DNA of 64,000 nucleotides from Balanoglossus misakiensis (Eukaryota > Animalia > Hemichordata): contig CM082579.2 of the NCBI GenBank assembly GCA_040954595.2, positions 15,910,550 through 15,974,549 of the forward strand, in the 5' to 3' direction. Positions 20,701 through 32,500 of the stretch are shown piece by piece. Below the pieces are notes generated by a model. It ran no database searches. It was given only the letters and a program-made list of their open reading frames with translations, and was not told the origin of the DNA. The translations under genes were made by a program, and so were the position numbers. Position 1 is the stretch's first letter. Each line of letters begins with the position of its first letter.

Positions 20701-23700
20701 TAAAAAAACCTTCGTTCTTCGAATTTGGTGCCCTGATCATATATGACATGTTGATTGTATGTTAAAACTTTCGACCACTCCAAAAATGCAGAGATATTGA
20801 CGGAATTCAAGAAAAAATAGCCATTTTGGCCATATTTTGACAAAATGGTACATTTTTAAAAAATCATAAAAAATAAACTCTTTTCTTCATTTTCGGAAAT
20901 ATTATGGAGCATGAAGTGTCGTTCTCTTGTAAAAAGTGCTGCAAATTCCAGAAAATGTGGTATAATTTGAATCACCCAAGACAAAATTACAATTTTCGAC
21001 TTTTTTTCGAAATATTGTTTTTTTTACAAAATAAATAAGAATAAATTCTTTTCTTAGTTCCAAACGGGTAGAGATACTTTCCACACGGATTTCTAACATT
21101 GAATTCCCGTTCATCAACTCAGATTTCCTGCAAGTCGGCTAAAACCCTGACACTCTAGAACAGAAACTGTTGCACACTGGTAACGTTGAACAAGTCGATT
21201 TTTCTACGGCCTGGCTCGGCTAAATCTCCGTCACAATATGACAGACACTAGCGTAGGTTAGCAACGGTGATCAAGTCAGATTTTCTACGGCATGGCTTGG
21301 ATAAAGCCCCGGCACTCCAGAGCAGAAACACGCGTACAGAGACCACGCTGATCAAGTCTGATCTCCTACGGCTTGGTTCGACTAAAACCCCGGCACACTA
21401 TGACAGACACTAGCGTTCGTTAGCAACGTTGATCAAGTCAGATTTCCTACGGCATGGCTTGGCTAAAGCCCTGGCACTCTAGAGCAGAAACACGCGTACA
21501 GAAACCACGTTGATCTACTCACATTTCCTTCGGCCTGGCACGGCTGATGCCCCGGCAGTATATATAGGACACAGACTTGCGTAAGTTAACAACGGTAATC
21601 ACGTCGGGTTTCCTACGGCCTGGCTCAGCTGAAGCCCCGGCACTCTAGAGCAGAAACAGGCGTACATTGACCCCGTTGATTAAATCAGATTCCTACGGCG
21701 TGACTCCGCTGGTGCACCGGCTCTATATGACACAGACTGGCGTAAGTTATCAACGGTGATTACGTCGGATTTCCTACGGCCTGGTTTAGCTCAAGCCCCG
21801 GCACTTTAGAGCGGAAACACGCGTACATTGACCACGATGATCAAGTCAGATCTCCTACGGCTTGGCTCGACTAAAACCCCGGCACACTATGACAGACACT
21901 AGCGTTCGTTAGCAACGTTGATCAATTCAGATTTCCTACGGCATGGCTTGGCTAAAGCCCTGGCATTCTAGAGCAGAAACACGCGTACAGAGACCACATT
22001 GATCTACTCACATTTCCTTAGGCCTGGCACGGCTGATGCCCCGCACTATATATAGGACACAGACTGGCGTAAGTTAACAACGGTAATCACGTCGGGTTTC
22101 CTTCGGCCTGGCTCAGCTGAAGCCCCGGCACTCTAGAGCAGAAACAGGCGTACATTGACCACGTTGATCAAATTAGATTCCTACGGCGTGACTCGGCTGG
22201 TGCACCGGCTCTATATGACACAGACTGGCGTAAGTTATCAACGGTGATTACGTCGGATTTCCTACGGCCTGGTTTAGCTGAAGCCCCGGCACTTTAGAGC
22301 AGAAACACGCGTACAGAGACCACGTTGATGAAGTCTGATCTCCTACGGCTTGGCTCGACTAAAACCCCGGCACACCATGACAGACACTAGCGTTCGTTAG
22401 CAACGGTGATCAAGTCGGATTTCCTTCGGCCTGGCTCTGCAAAAGACCCGACACATTAGTACAAAGACGTTGGCTAAGTCGGGCAAACCGAAGAGGGAAA
22501 GTCACAGCGGGTCAACACTCGACATTTGTTCGGGTAGGACTGCATTATTGCCTGTCAATTTATAGAGAAAGCCCGAATTTAACCAGGGCGTTTCAAACAC
22601 CGACGTTATTTGGGGGCACGGCCTGCAGTACTGCCGGGTAAGCTGACATCGGCGTACCGCATATAATGTAGGGGGGGGGGGGACAGAACGGTTCAATACT
22701 ACATTTATTAGATATCAGCTAATTTTGGACAATCATCTAAAATCTAAATCATTTTTTCATATTTGGATATCTGATGATGTATGAAATTTTCAATATATGT
22801 AAAAATGGTGCTGATTATAAAAAATGCACTCTGAATGAGCTGATTTAATACAAAATTGCGTTTTATTCGTTTTTGCACCAAAAAGGTCATTTTCAGGCAA
22901 AACATTCTTTATTTTTTTTAATTCGGTGGCCTGATCATATATAAGCAATTGCTTGCATGTTAAAAGTTTTTATGACTTTTAAAAGCAGTGACACTGGCGG
23001 CATTCAACACGAAAATAACAATTTTAACCACAATTTGGTCAAAATGGTAAATTTTTGAAAATTACAAAAAATACCTGTTTTCTACATTTTCGGAAATCTG
23101 ATGGAGTATAGAATGCTCTTCGTATATATATATCGATACCAATTCCACAAAAGACCGTCTAATTTGGCTCACTGCAGACAAAATTGCGTTTTACCAAATT
23201 TTCCTGGAAAATGTCATTTTTAGAAAAATAAAATAAAAAAACCTTCGTTCTTCGAATTTGGTGCCCTGATCATATATGACATGTTGATTGTATGTTAAAA
23301 CTTTCGACCACTCCAAAAATGCAGAGATATTGACGGAATTCAAGAAAAAATAGCCATTTTGGCCATATTTTGACAAAATGGTACATTTTTAAAAAATCAT
23401 AAAAAATAAACTCTTTTCTTCATTTTCGGAAATATTATGGAGCATGAAGTGTCGTTCTCTTGTAAAACGTGCTGCAAATTCCAGAAAATGTGGTATAATT
23501 TGAATCACCCAAGACAAAATTACCATTTTCGACTTTTTTTCGAAAAATTGTCTTGTTTTACAAAATAAATAAGAATAAATTCTTTTCTTAGTTTCAAACG
23601 GGTAGAGATACTTTACACACGGGTTTTCTAACATTGAATTCCCGTTCATCAACTCAGATTTCCTACAGCACAAGTCGGCTAAAACCCTGACACTCTAGAG

Positions 23701-24741
23701 CAGAAACAGTTGCACACTGGTAACGTTGAACAAGTCGATTTTTCTACGGCCTGGCTCGGCTAAATCTCCGTCACAATATGACAGACACTAGCGTAAGTTA
23801 GCAACGGTGATCAAGTCAGATTTTCTACGGCATAGCTCGGATAAAGCCCCGGCACTCTAGAGCAGAAACACGCGTACAGAGACCACGTTGATCAAGTCTG
23901 ATCTCCTACGGCTTGGCTCGACTAAAACCCCGGCACACTATGACAGACACTATCGTACGTTAGCAACGGTGATCAAGTCAGATTTTCTACGGCATGGCTT
24001 GGATAAAGCCCCGGCACTCTAGAGCAGAAACACGCGTACAGAGACCACGTTGATCTACTCACATTTCCTTCGGCCTGGCACGGCTGATGCCCCGGCACTA
24101 TATATAGGACACAGACTGGCGTAAGTTAACAACGGTAATCACGTCGGGTTTCCTACGGCCTGGCTCAGCTGAAGCCCCGGCACTCTAGAGCAGAAACAGG
24201 CGTACATTGACCACGTTGATCAAGTCAGATTTCCTACGGCGTGATTCGGCTTGTGCACCGGCTCTATATGACACAGACTGGCGTAAGTTATCAACGGTGA
24301 TTACCTCGGATTTCCTACGGCATGGTTTAGCTGAAGCCCCGGCACTTTAGAGCGGAAACACGCGTACATTGACCAGGATGATCAAGTCAGATCTCCTACG
24401 GCCTGGCTCGACTAAAACCCCGGCACACCATGACAGACACTAGCGTTCGTTAGCAACGGTGATCAAGTCGGATTTCCTTCGGCCTGGCTCTGCAAAAGAC
24501 CCGACACTCTAGTACAAAGACGTTGGCTAAGTTGGGCAAACCGAAGAGGGAAAGTCGCAGCGGGTCAACACTCGACATTTGTTCCGGTAGGACTGCATTA
24601 TTGCCTGTCGATTTATAGAGAGAGCCCGAATTTAACCAGGGCGTTTCAAACACCGACGTTTGTTGGGGGCACGGCCTACAGTACTGCCGGGTAAGCTGAC
24701 ATCGGCGTACCGCATATAATGTAAGGGGGCGGGGGGGGGGG

Positions 24742-25714
24742 ACAGAACGGTTCAATACTACATTTATTAGATATCAGCTAATTTTGGACAATCATCTAAA
24801 ATCTAAATCATTTTTTCATATTTGGATATCTGATGATGTATGAAATTTCCATTATATGTAAAAATGGTGCTTATTATAAAACATGCACTCTGAATGAACT
24901 GATTTAATACAAGATTGCGTTTTATTCGTTTTTGCACCAAAAAGGTCATTTTTAGGCAAAACATTCTTTATATTTTTAATTCGGTGACCTGATCATATAT
25001 AAACAATTGCTTGTGTGTTAAAAGTTTTTATGGCTTTTAAAAGCAGTGACACTGGCGGCATTCATCACGAAAATAACAATTTTAGCCACAATTTGGTCAA
25101 AATGGTAAATTTTTGAAAATTACAAAAAATACCTGTTTTCTACATTTTCGGAAATCTGATGGAGTATAGAATGCTCTTCGTATGTATATATCGATACAAA
25201 TTCCACAAAAGACCGTCTAATTTGGCTCACTGCAGACAAAATTGCGTTTTACCAAATTTTCCTTGAAAATGTCATTTTTAGAAAAACAAATAAAAAAACC
25301 TTTATTCTTCGAATTTGGTGCCCTGATCATATATGACATGTTGATTGTATGTTAAAACTCTCGACCACTCCAAAAATGCAGAGATATTGACGGAATTCAA
25401 GAAAAATAGCCATTTTGGCCATATTTTGACAAAAATGGTAAATTTTTGAAAAATCATAAAAAATTAACTCTTTTCTTCATTTTCGGAAATATTATGGAGC
25501 ATGAAGTGTCGTTCTCTTGTAAAAAGTGCTGCAAATTCCAGAAAAGGCGGTATAATTTGAATCACCCAAGACAAAATTGCAATTTTTCGACTTTTTTTCG
25601 AAAAATTGTCTTTTTTACAAAATAAATAAGAATAAATTCTTTTCTTAGTTTCAAACGGGTAGAGATACTTTCCACACGGGTTTTCTAACATTGAATTCCC
25701 GTTCATCAACTCAG
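24742..25714. repeat. Representative AT-rich module: about three diverged ~330-bp subrepeats
   Basis: Anchors recur at ~326-335 bp: CAA(G/A)ATTGC at 24910/25237/25572, CCTGATCATATAT at 24988/25322, CAT(A/T)TT(T/C)GGA at 24817/25143/25478. Confidence 0.8.
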
Positions 25715-26590
25715 ATTTCCTACAGCATAAGTCGGCTAAAACCCTGACACTCTAGAGCAGAAACAGTTGCACAATGGTAACGTTGAACAAGTCGATTTTT
25801 CTACGGCCTGGCTCGGCTAAATCTCCGTCACAATATGACAGACACTAGCGTACGTTAGCAACGGTGATCAAGTCAGATTTTCTACGGCATGGGTTGGATA
25901 AAGCCCCGGCACTCTAGAGCAGAAACACGCGTACAGAGACCACGTTGATCAAGTCTGATCTCCTACGGCTTGGCTCGACTAAAACCCCGGCACACTATGA
26001 CAGACATTAGCGTTCGTTAGCAACGTTGATCAAGTCAGATTTCCTACGGCATGGCTTGGCTAAAGCCCTGGCACTCTAGAGCAGAAACACGCGTACAGAG
26101 ACCACGTTGATCTACTCACATTTCCTTCGGCCTGGCACGGCTGATGCCCCGGCACTATATATAGGACACAAACTGGCGTAAGTTAACAACGGTAATCACG
26201 TCGGGTTTCCCACGGCCTGGCACAGCTGAAGCCCCGGCACTCTAGAGCAGAAACAGGCGTACATTGACCACGTTGATCAAGTAAGATTTCCTACGGCGTG
26301 ACTCGGCTGGTGCACCGGCTCTATATGACACAGACTGGCGTAAGTTATCAACGGTTATTACCTCGGATTTCCTACGGCATGGTTTAGCTGAAGCCCCGGC
26401 ACTTTAGAGCGGAAACACGCGTACATTGACCACGATGATCAAGTCAGATCTCCTACGGCCTGGCTCGACTAAAACCCCGGCACACCATGACAGACACTAG
26501 CGTTCGTTAGCAACGGTGATCAAGTCGGATTTCCTTCGGCCTGGCTCTGCAAAAGACCCGACACATTAGTACAAAGACGTTGGCTAAGTC
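25715..26590. repeat. Representative GC-rich module: 11 x ~81-bp subrepeats alternating as ~162-bp dimers
   Basis: CTACGGC anchor at 25801, 25882, 25963, 26044 and onward; units alternate between CTCTAGAGCAGAAACACGCGTAC and TATGACAGACACTAGCGT types. Confidence 0.92.
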
Positions 26591-29500
26591 GGGCAAACCG
26601 AAGAGGGAAAGTCACAGCGGGTCAACACTCGACATTTGTTCGGGTAGGACTGCATTATTGCCTGTCAATTTATAGAGAAAGCCCGAATTTAACCAGGGCG
26701 TTTCAAACACCGACGTTATTTGGGGGCACGGCCTGCAGTACTGCCGGGTAAGCTGACATCGGCGTACCGCATATAATGTAGGGGGGGGGGACAGAACGGT
26801 TCAATACTACATTTATTAGATATCAGCTAATTTTGGACAATCATCTAAAATCTAAATCATTTTTTCATATTTGGATATCTGATGATGTATGAAATTTCCA
26901 ATATATGTAAAAATGGTGCTGATTATAAAAAATGCACTCTGAATGAGCTGATTTAATACAAAATTGCGTTTTATTCGTTTTTGCACCAAAAAGGTCATTT
27001 TTAGGCAAAACATTCTTTATTTTTTTAATTCGGTGGCCTGATCATATATAAGCAATTGCTTGCATGTTAAAAGTTTTTATGACTTTTAAAAGCAGTGACA
27101 CTGGCGGCATTCAACACGAAAATAACAATTTTAACCACAATTTGGTCAAAATGGTAAATTTTTGAAAATTACAAAAAATACCTGTTTTCTACATTTTCGG
27201 AAATCTGATGGAGTATAGAATGCTCTTCGTATATATATATCGATACAAATTCCACAAAAGACCGTCTAATTTGGCTCACTGCAGACAAAATTGCGTTTTA
27301 CCAATTTTCTTGAAAATGTCATTTTTAGAAAAATAAAATAAAAAAACCTTCGTTCTTCGAATTTGGTGCCCTGATCATATATGACATGTTGATTGTATGT
27401 TAAAACTTTCGACCACTCCAAAAATGCAGAGATATTGACGGAATTCAAGAAAAAATAGCCATTTTGGCCATATTTTGACAAAAATGGTAAAATTTTAAAA
27501 AATCATAAAAAAATAACTCTTTTCTTCATTTTCGGAAATATTATGGAGCATGAAGTGTCGTTCTCTTGTAAAAAGTGCTGCAAATTCCAGAAAAGGTGGT
27601 ATAATTTGAATCACCCAAGACAAAATTACCATTTTCGCCTTTGTTTCGAAAAATTGTCTTTTTTACAAAATAAATAAGAATAAATTCTTTTCTTAGTTTC
27701 AAACGGGTAGAGATACTTTCCACACGGGTTTTCTAACATTGAATTCCCGTTCATCAACTCTGATTTCTTACAGCATAAATCGGCTAAAACCCTGACACTC
27801 TAGAGCAGAAACAGTTGCACACTGGTAACGTTGAACAAGTCGATTTTTTACGGCCTGGCTCGGCTAAATCTCCGTCACAATATGACAGACACTAGCGTAC
27901 GTTAGCAACGGTGATCAAGTCAGATTTTCTACGGCATGGCTTGGATAAAGCCCCGGCACTCAAGAGCAGAAACACGCGTACAGAGACCACGTTGATCAAG
28001 TCTGATCTCCTACGGCTTGGCTCGACTAAAACCCCGGCACACTATGACAGACACTAGCGTTCGCTAGCAACGTTGATCAAGTCAGATTTCCTACGGCATG
28101 GCTTTGCTAAAGCCCTGACACTCTAGAGCAGAAACACGCGTACAGAGACCACGTTGATCTACTCACATTTCCTTCGGCCTGGCACGGCTGATGCCCCGGC
28201 ACTATATATAGGACACAGACTGGCGTAAGTTAACAACTGTAATCACGTCGGGTTTCCTACGGCCTGGCTCAGCTGAAGCCCCGGCACTCTAGAGCAGAAA
28301 CAGGCGTACATTGACCACGTTGATCAAGTCAGATTTCCTACGGCGTGACTCGGCTGGTGCACCGGCTCTATATGACACAGACTGGCGTAAGTTATCAACG
28401 GTGATTACGTCGGATTTCCTACGGCCTGGTTTAGCTGAAGCCCCGGCACTTTAGAGCGGAAACACGCGTACATTGACCACGATGATCAAGTCAGATCTCC
28501 TACGGCCTGGCTCGACTAAAACCCCGGCACACCATGACAGACACTAGCGTTCGTTAGCAACGGTGATCAAGTCGGATTTCCTTCGGCCTGGCTCTGCAAA
28601 AGACCCGACACTCTAGTACAAAGACGTCGGCTAAGTCGGGCAAACCGAAGAGGGAAAGTCACAGCGTGTCAACACTCGACATTTGTTCGGGTAGGACTGC
28701 ATTATTGCCTGTCAATTTATAGAGAAAGCCCGAATTTAACCAGGGCGTTTCAAACACCGACGTTAGGTGGGGGCACGGCCTGCAGTACTGCCGGGTAAGC
28801 TGACATCGGCGTACCGCATATAATTTAGGGGAGGGGGGGGGGGAACAGAACGGTTCAATACTACATTTATTAGATATCAGCTAATTTTGGACAATCATCT
28901 AAAATCTAAATCATTTTTTCATATTTGGATATCTGGTGATGTATGAAAGTTCCATTATATGTAAAAATGGTGCTGATTATAAAAAAATGCACTCTGAATG
29001 AGGTTATTTAATACAAAATTGCGTTTTATTCGTTTTTGCGCCAAAAAGGTCATTTTTAGGCCAAACATTCTTTATTTTTTTTAATTCGGTGACCTGATCA
29101 TATATAAACAATTGCTTGTATGTTAAAAGTTTTTATGACTTTTAAAAGCAGTGACACTGGCGGCATTCAACACGAAAATAACAATTTTAACCACAATTTG
29201 GTCAAAATAGTAAATTTTTAAAAATTACAAAAAATACCTGTTTTCTACATTTTCGGAAATCTGATGGAGTATAGAATGCTCTTCGTATATATATATCGAT
29301 ACAAATTTCACAAAAGACCGTCTAATTTGGCTTACTGCAGACAAAATTGCGTTTTACCAAATTTTCCTTGAAAATGTCATTTTTAGAAAAATAAAATAAA
29401 AAAACCTTCGTTCTTCGAATTTGGTGCCCTGATCATATATGACATGTTGATTGTATGTTAAAACTTTCCACCACTCCAAAAATGCAGAGATATTGACGGA

Positions 29501-32500
29501 ATTCAAGAAAAAATAGCCATTTTGGCCATATTTTGACAAAATGGTACATTTTTAAAAAATCATAAAAAATAAACTCTTTTCTTCATTTTCGGAAATATTA
29601 TGGAGCATGAAGTGTCGTTCTCTTGTAAAAAGTGCTGCAAATTCCAGAAAATGTGGTATAATTTGAATCACCCAAGACAAAATTACCATTTTCGACTTGT
29701 TTTCGAAAAATTGTCTTTTTTAAAAAATAAATAAGAATAAATTCTTTTCTTAGTTTCAAACGGGTAGAGATACTTTCCACACGGGTTTTCTAACATTGAA
29801 TTCCCGTTCATCAACTCAGATTTCCTACAGCATAAGTCGGCTAAAACCCTGACACTCTAGAGCAGAAACAGTTGCACACTGATAACGTTGAACAAGTCGA
29901 TTTTTCTACGGCCTGGCTCGGCTAAATCTCGTCACAATATGACAGACACTAGCGTACGTTAGCAACGGTGATCAAGTCAGATATTCAACGGCATGGGTTG
30001 GATAAAGCCCCGGCACTCTAGAGCAGAAACACGCGTACAGAGACCACGTTGATCAAGTCTGATCTCCTACGGCTTGGCTCGACTAAAACCCCGGCACACT
30101 ATGACAGACACTAGCGTTCGTTAGCAACGTTGATCAAGTCAGATTTCCTACGGCATGGCTTTGCTGAAGCCCTGACACTCTAGAGCAGAAACACGCGTAC
30201 AGAGACCACGTTGATCTACTCACATTTCCTTCGGCCTGGCACGGCTGATGCCCCGGCACTATATATAGGACACAGACTGGCGTAAGTTAACAACGGTAAT
30301 CACGTCGGGTTTCCTACGGCCTGGCTCAGCTGAAGCCCCGGCACTCTAGAGCAGAAACAGGCGAACATTGACCACGTTGATCAAGTAAGATTTCCTACGG
30401 CGTGACTCGGCTGGTGCACCGGCTCTATATGACACAGACTGGCGTAAGTTATCAACGGTGATTACGTCGGATTTCCTACGGCATGGTTTAGCTAAAGCCC
30501 CGGCACTTTAGAGCAGAAACAGGCGTACATTGACCACGTTGATCAAGTCAGATTTCCTACGGCGTGACTCGGCTGGTGCACCGGCTCTATATGACACAGA
30601 CTGGCGTGAGTTATCAACGGTGATTACGCCAGATTTCCTACGGCATGGTTTAGCTGAAGCCCCGGCACTTTAGAGCGGAAACACGCGTACATTGACCACG
30701 ATGATCAAGTCAGATCTCCTACGGCCTGGCTCGACTAAAACCCCGGCACACCATGACAGACACTAGCGTTCGTTAGCAACGGTGATCAGGTCGGATTTCC
30801 TTCGGCCTGGCTCTGCAAAAGACCCGACACATTAGTACAAAGACGTTGGCTAAGTCGGGCAAACCGAAGAGGGAAAGTCACAGTGGGTCAACACTCGACA
30901 TTTGTTCGGGTAGGACTGCATTATTGCCTGTCAATTTATAGAGAAAGCCCGAATTTAACCAGGGCGTTTCAAACACCGACGTTATTTGGGGGCACGGCCT
31001 GCAGTACTGCCGGGTAAGCTGACATCGGCGTACCGCATATAATGTAGGGGGGGGACAGAACGGTTCAATACTACATTTATTAGATATCAGCTAATTTTGG
31101 ACAATCATCTAAAATCTAAATCATTTTTTCATATTTGGATATCTGATGATGTATGAAATTTCCATTATATGTAAAAATGGTGCTGATTATAAAAAATGCA
31201 CTCTGAATGAGCTGATTTAATACAAAATTGCGTTTTATTCGTTTTTGCACCAAAAAGGTCATTTTTAGGCAAAACATTCTTTATTTTTTTAATTCGGTGA
31301 CCTGATCATATATAAGCAATTGCTTGCATATTAAAAGTTTTTATGACTTTTAAAAGCAGTGACACTGGCGGCATTCAACACGAAAATAACAATTTTAACC
31401 ACAATTTGGTCAAAATGGTAAATTTTTGAAAATTACAAAAAATACCTGTTTTCTACATTTTCGGAAATCTGATGGAGTATAGAATGCTCTTCGTATATAT
31501 ATATCGATACCAATTCCACAAAAAACGGCCAATTTGGCTCACTGCAGACAAAATTGCGTTTTACCAAATTTTCCTTGAAAATGTCATTTTTAGAAAAATA
31601 AAATAAAAAAACCTTCGTTCTTCGAACTTGGTGCCCTGATCATATATGACATGTTGATTGTATGTTAAAACTTTCGACCACTCCAAAAATGCAGAGATAT
31701 TGACGGAATTCAAGAAAAAATAGCCATTTTGGCCATATTTTGACAAAATGGTACATTTTTAAAAAATCATAAAAAATAAAACTCTTTTATCATTTTCGGA
31801 AATATTATGGAGCATGAAGTGTCGTTCTCTTGTAAAAAGTGCTGCAAATTCCAGAAAATGTGGTATAATTTGAATCACCCAAGACAAAATTACCATTTTC
31901 GACTTGTTTTCGAAAAATTGTCTTTTTTACAAAATAAATAAGAATAAATTCTTTTCTTAGTTTCAAACGGGTAGAGATACTTTCCACACGGGTTTTCTAA
32001 CATTGAATTCCCGTTCATCAACTCAGATTTCCTACAGCATAAGTCGGCTAAAACCCTGACACTCTAGAGCAGAAACAGTTGCACACTGATAACGTTGAAC
32101 AAGTCGATTTTTCTACGGCCTGGCTCGGCTAAATCTCGTCACAATATGACAGACACTAGCGTACGTTAGCAACGGTGATCAAGTCAGATTTTCAACGGCA
32201 TGGGTTGGATAAAGCCCCCGCACTCTAGAGCAGAAACACGCGTACAGAGACCACGTTGATCAAGTCTGATCTCCTACGGCTTGGCTCGACTAAAACCCCG
32301 GCACACTATGACAGACACTAGCGTTCGTTAGCAACGTTGATCAAGTCAGATTTCCTACGGCATGGCTTTGCTAAAGCCCTGACACTCTAGAGCAGAAACA
32401 CGCGTACAGAGACCACGTTGATCTACTCACATTTCCATCGGCCTGGCATGGCTGATGCCCCGGCACTATATATAGGACACAGACTGGCGTAAGTTATCAA

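Noticed and set aside
25715-26590. Tandem tRNA genes or 5S/rDNA spacer
   Set aside because: Acceptor and T stems do not pair, and no rRNA, 5S, snRNA or histone gene is present in the monomer.
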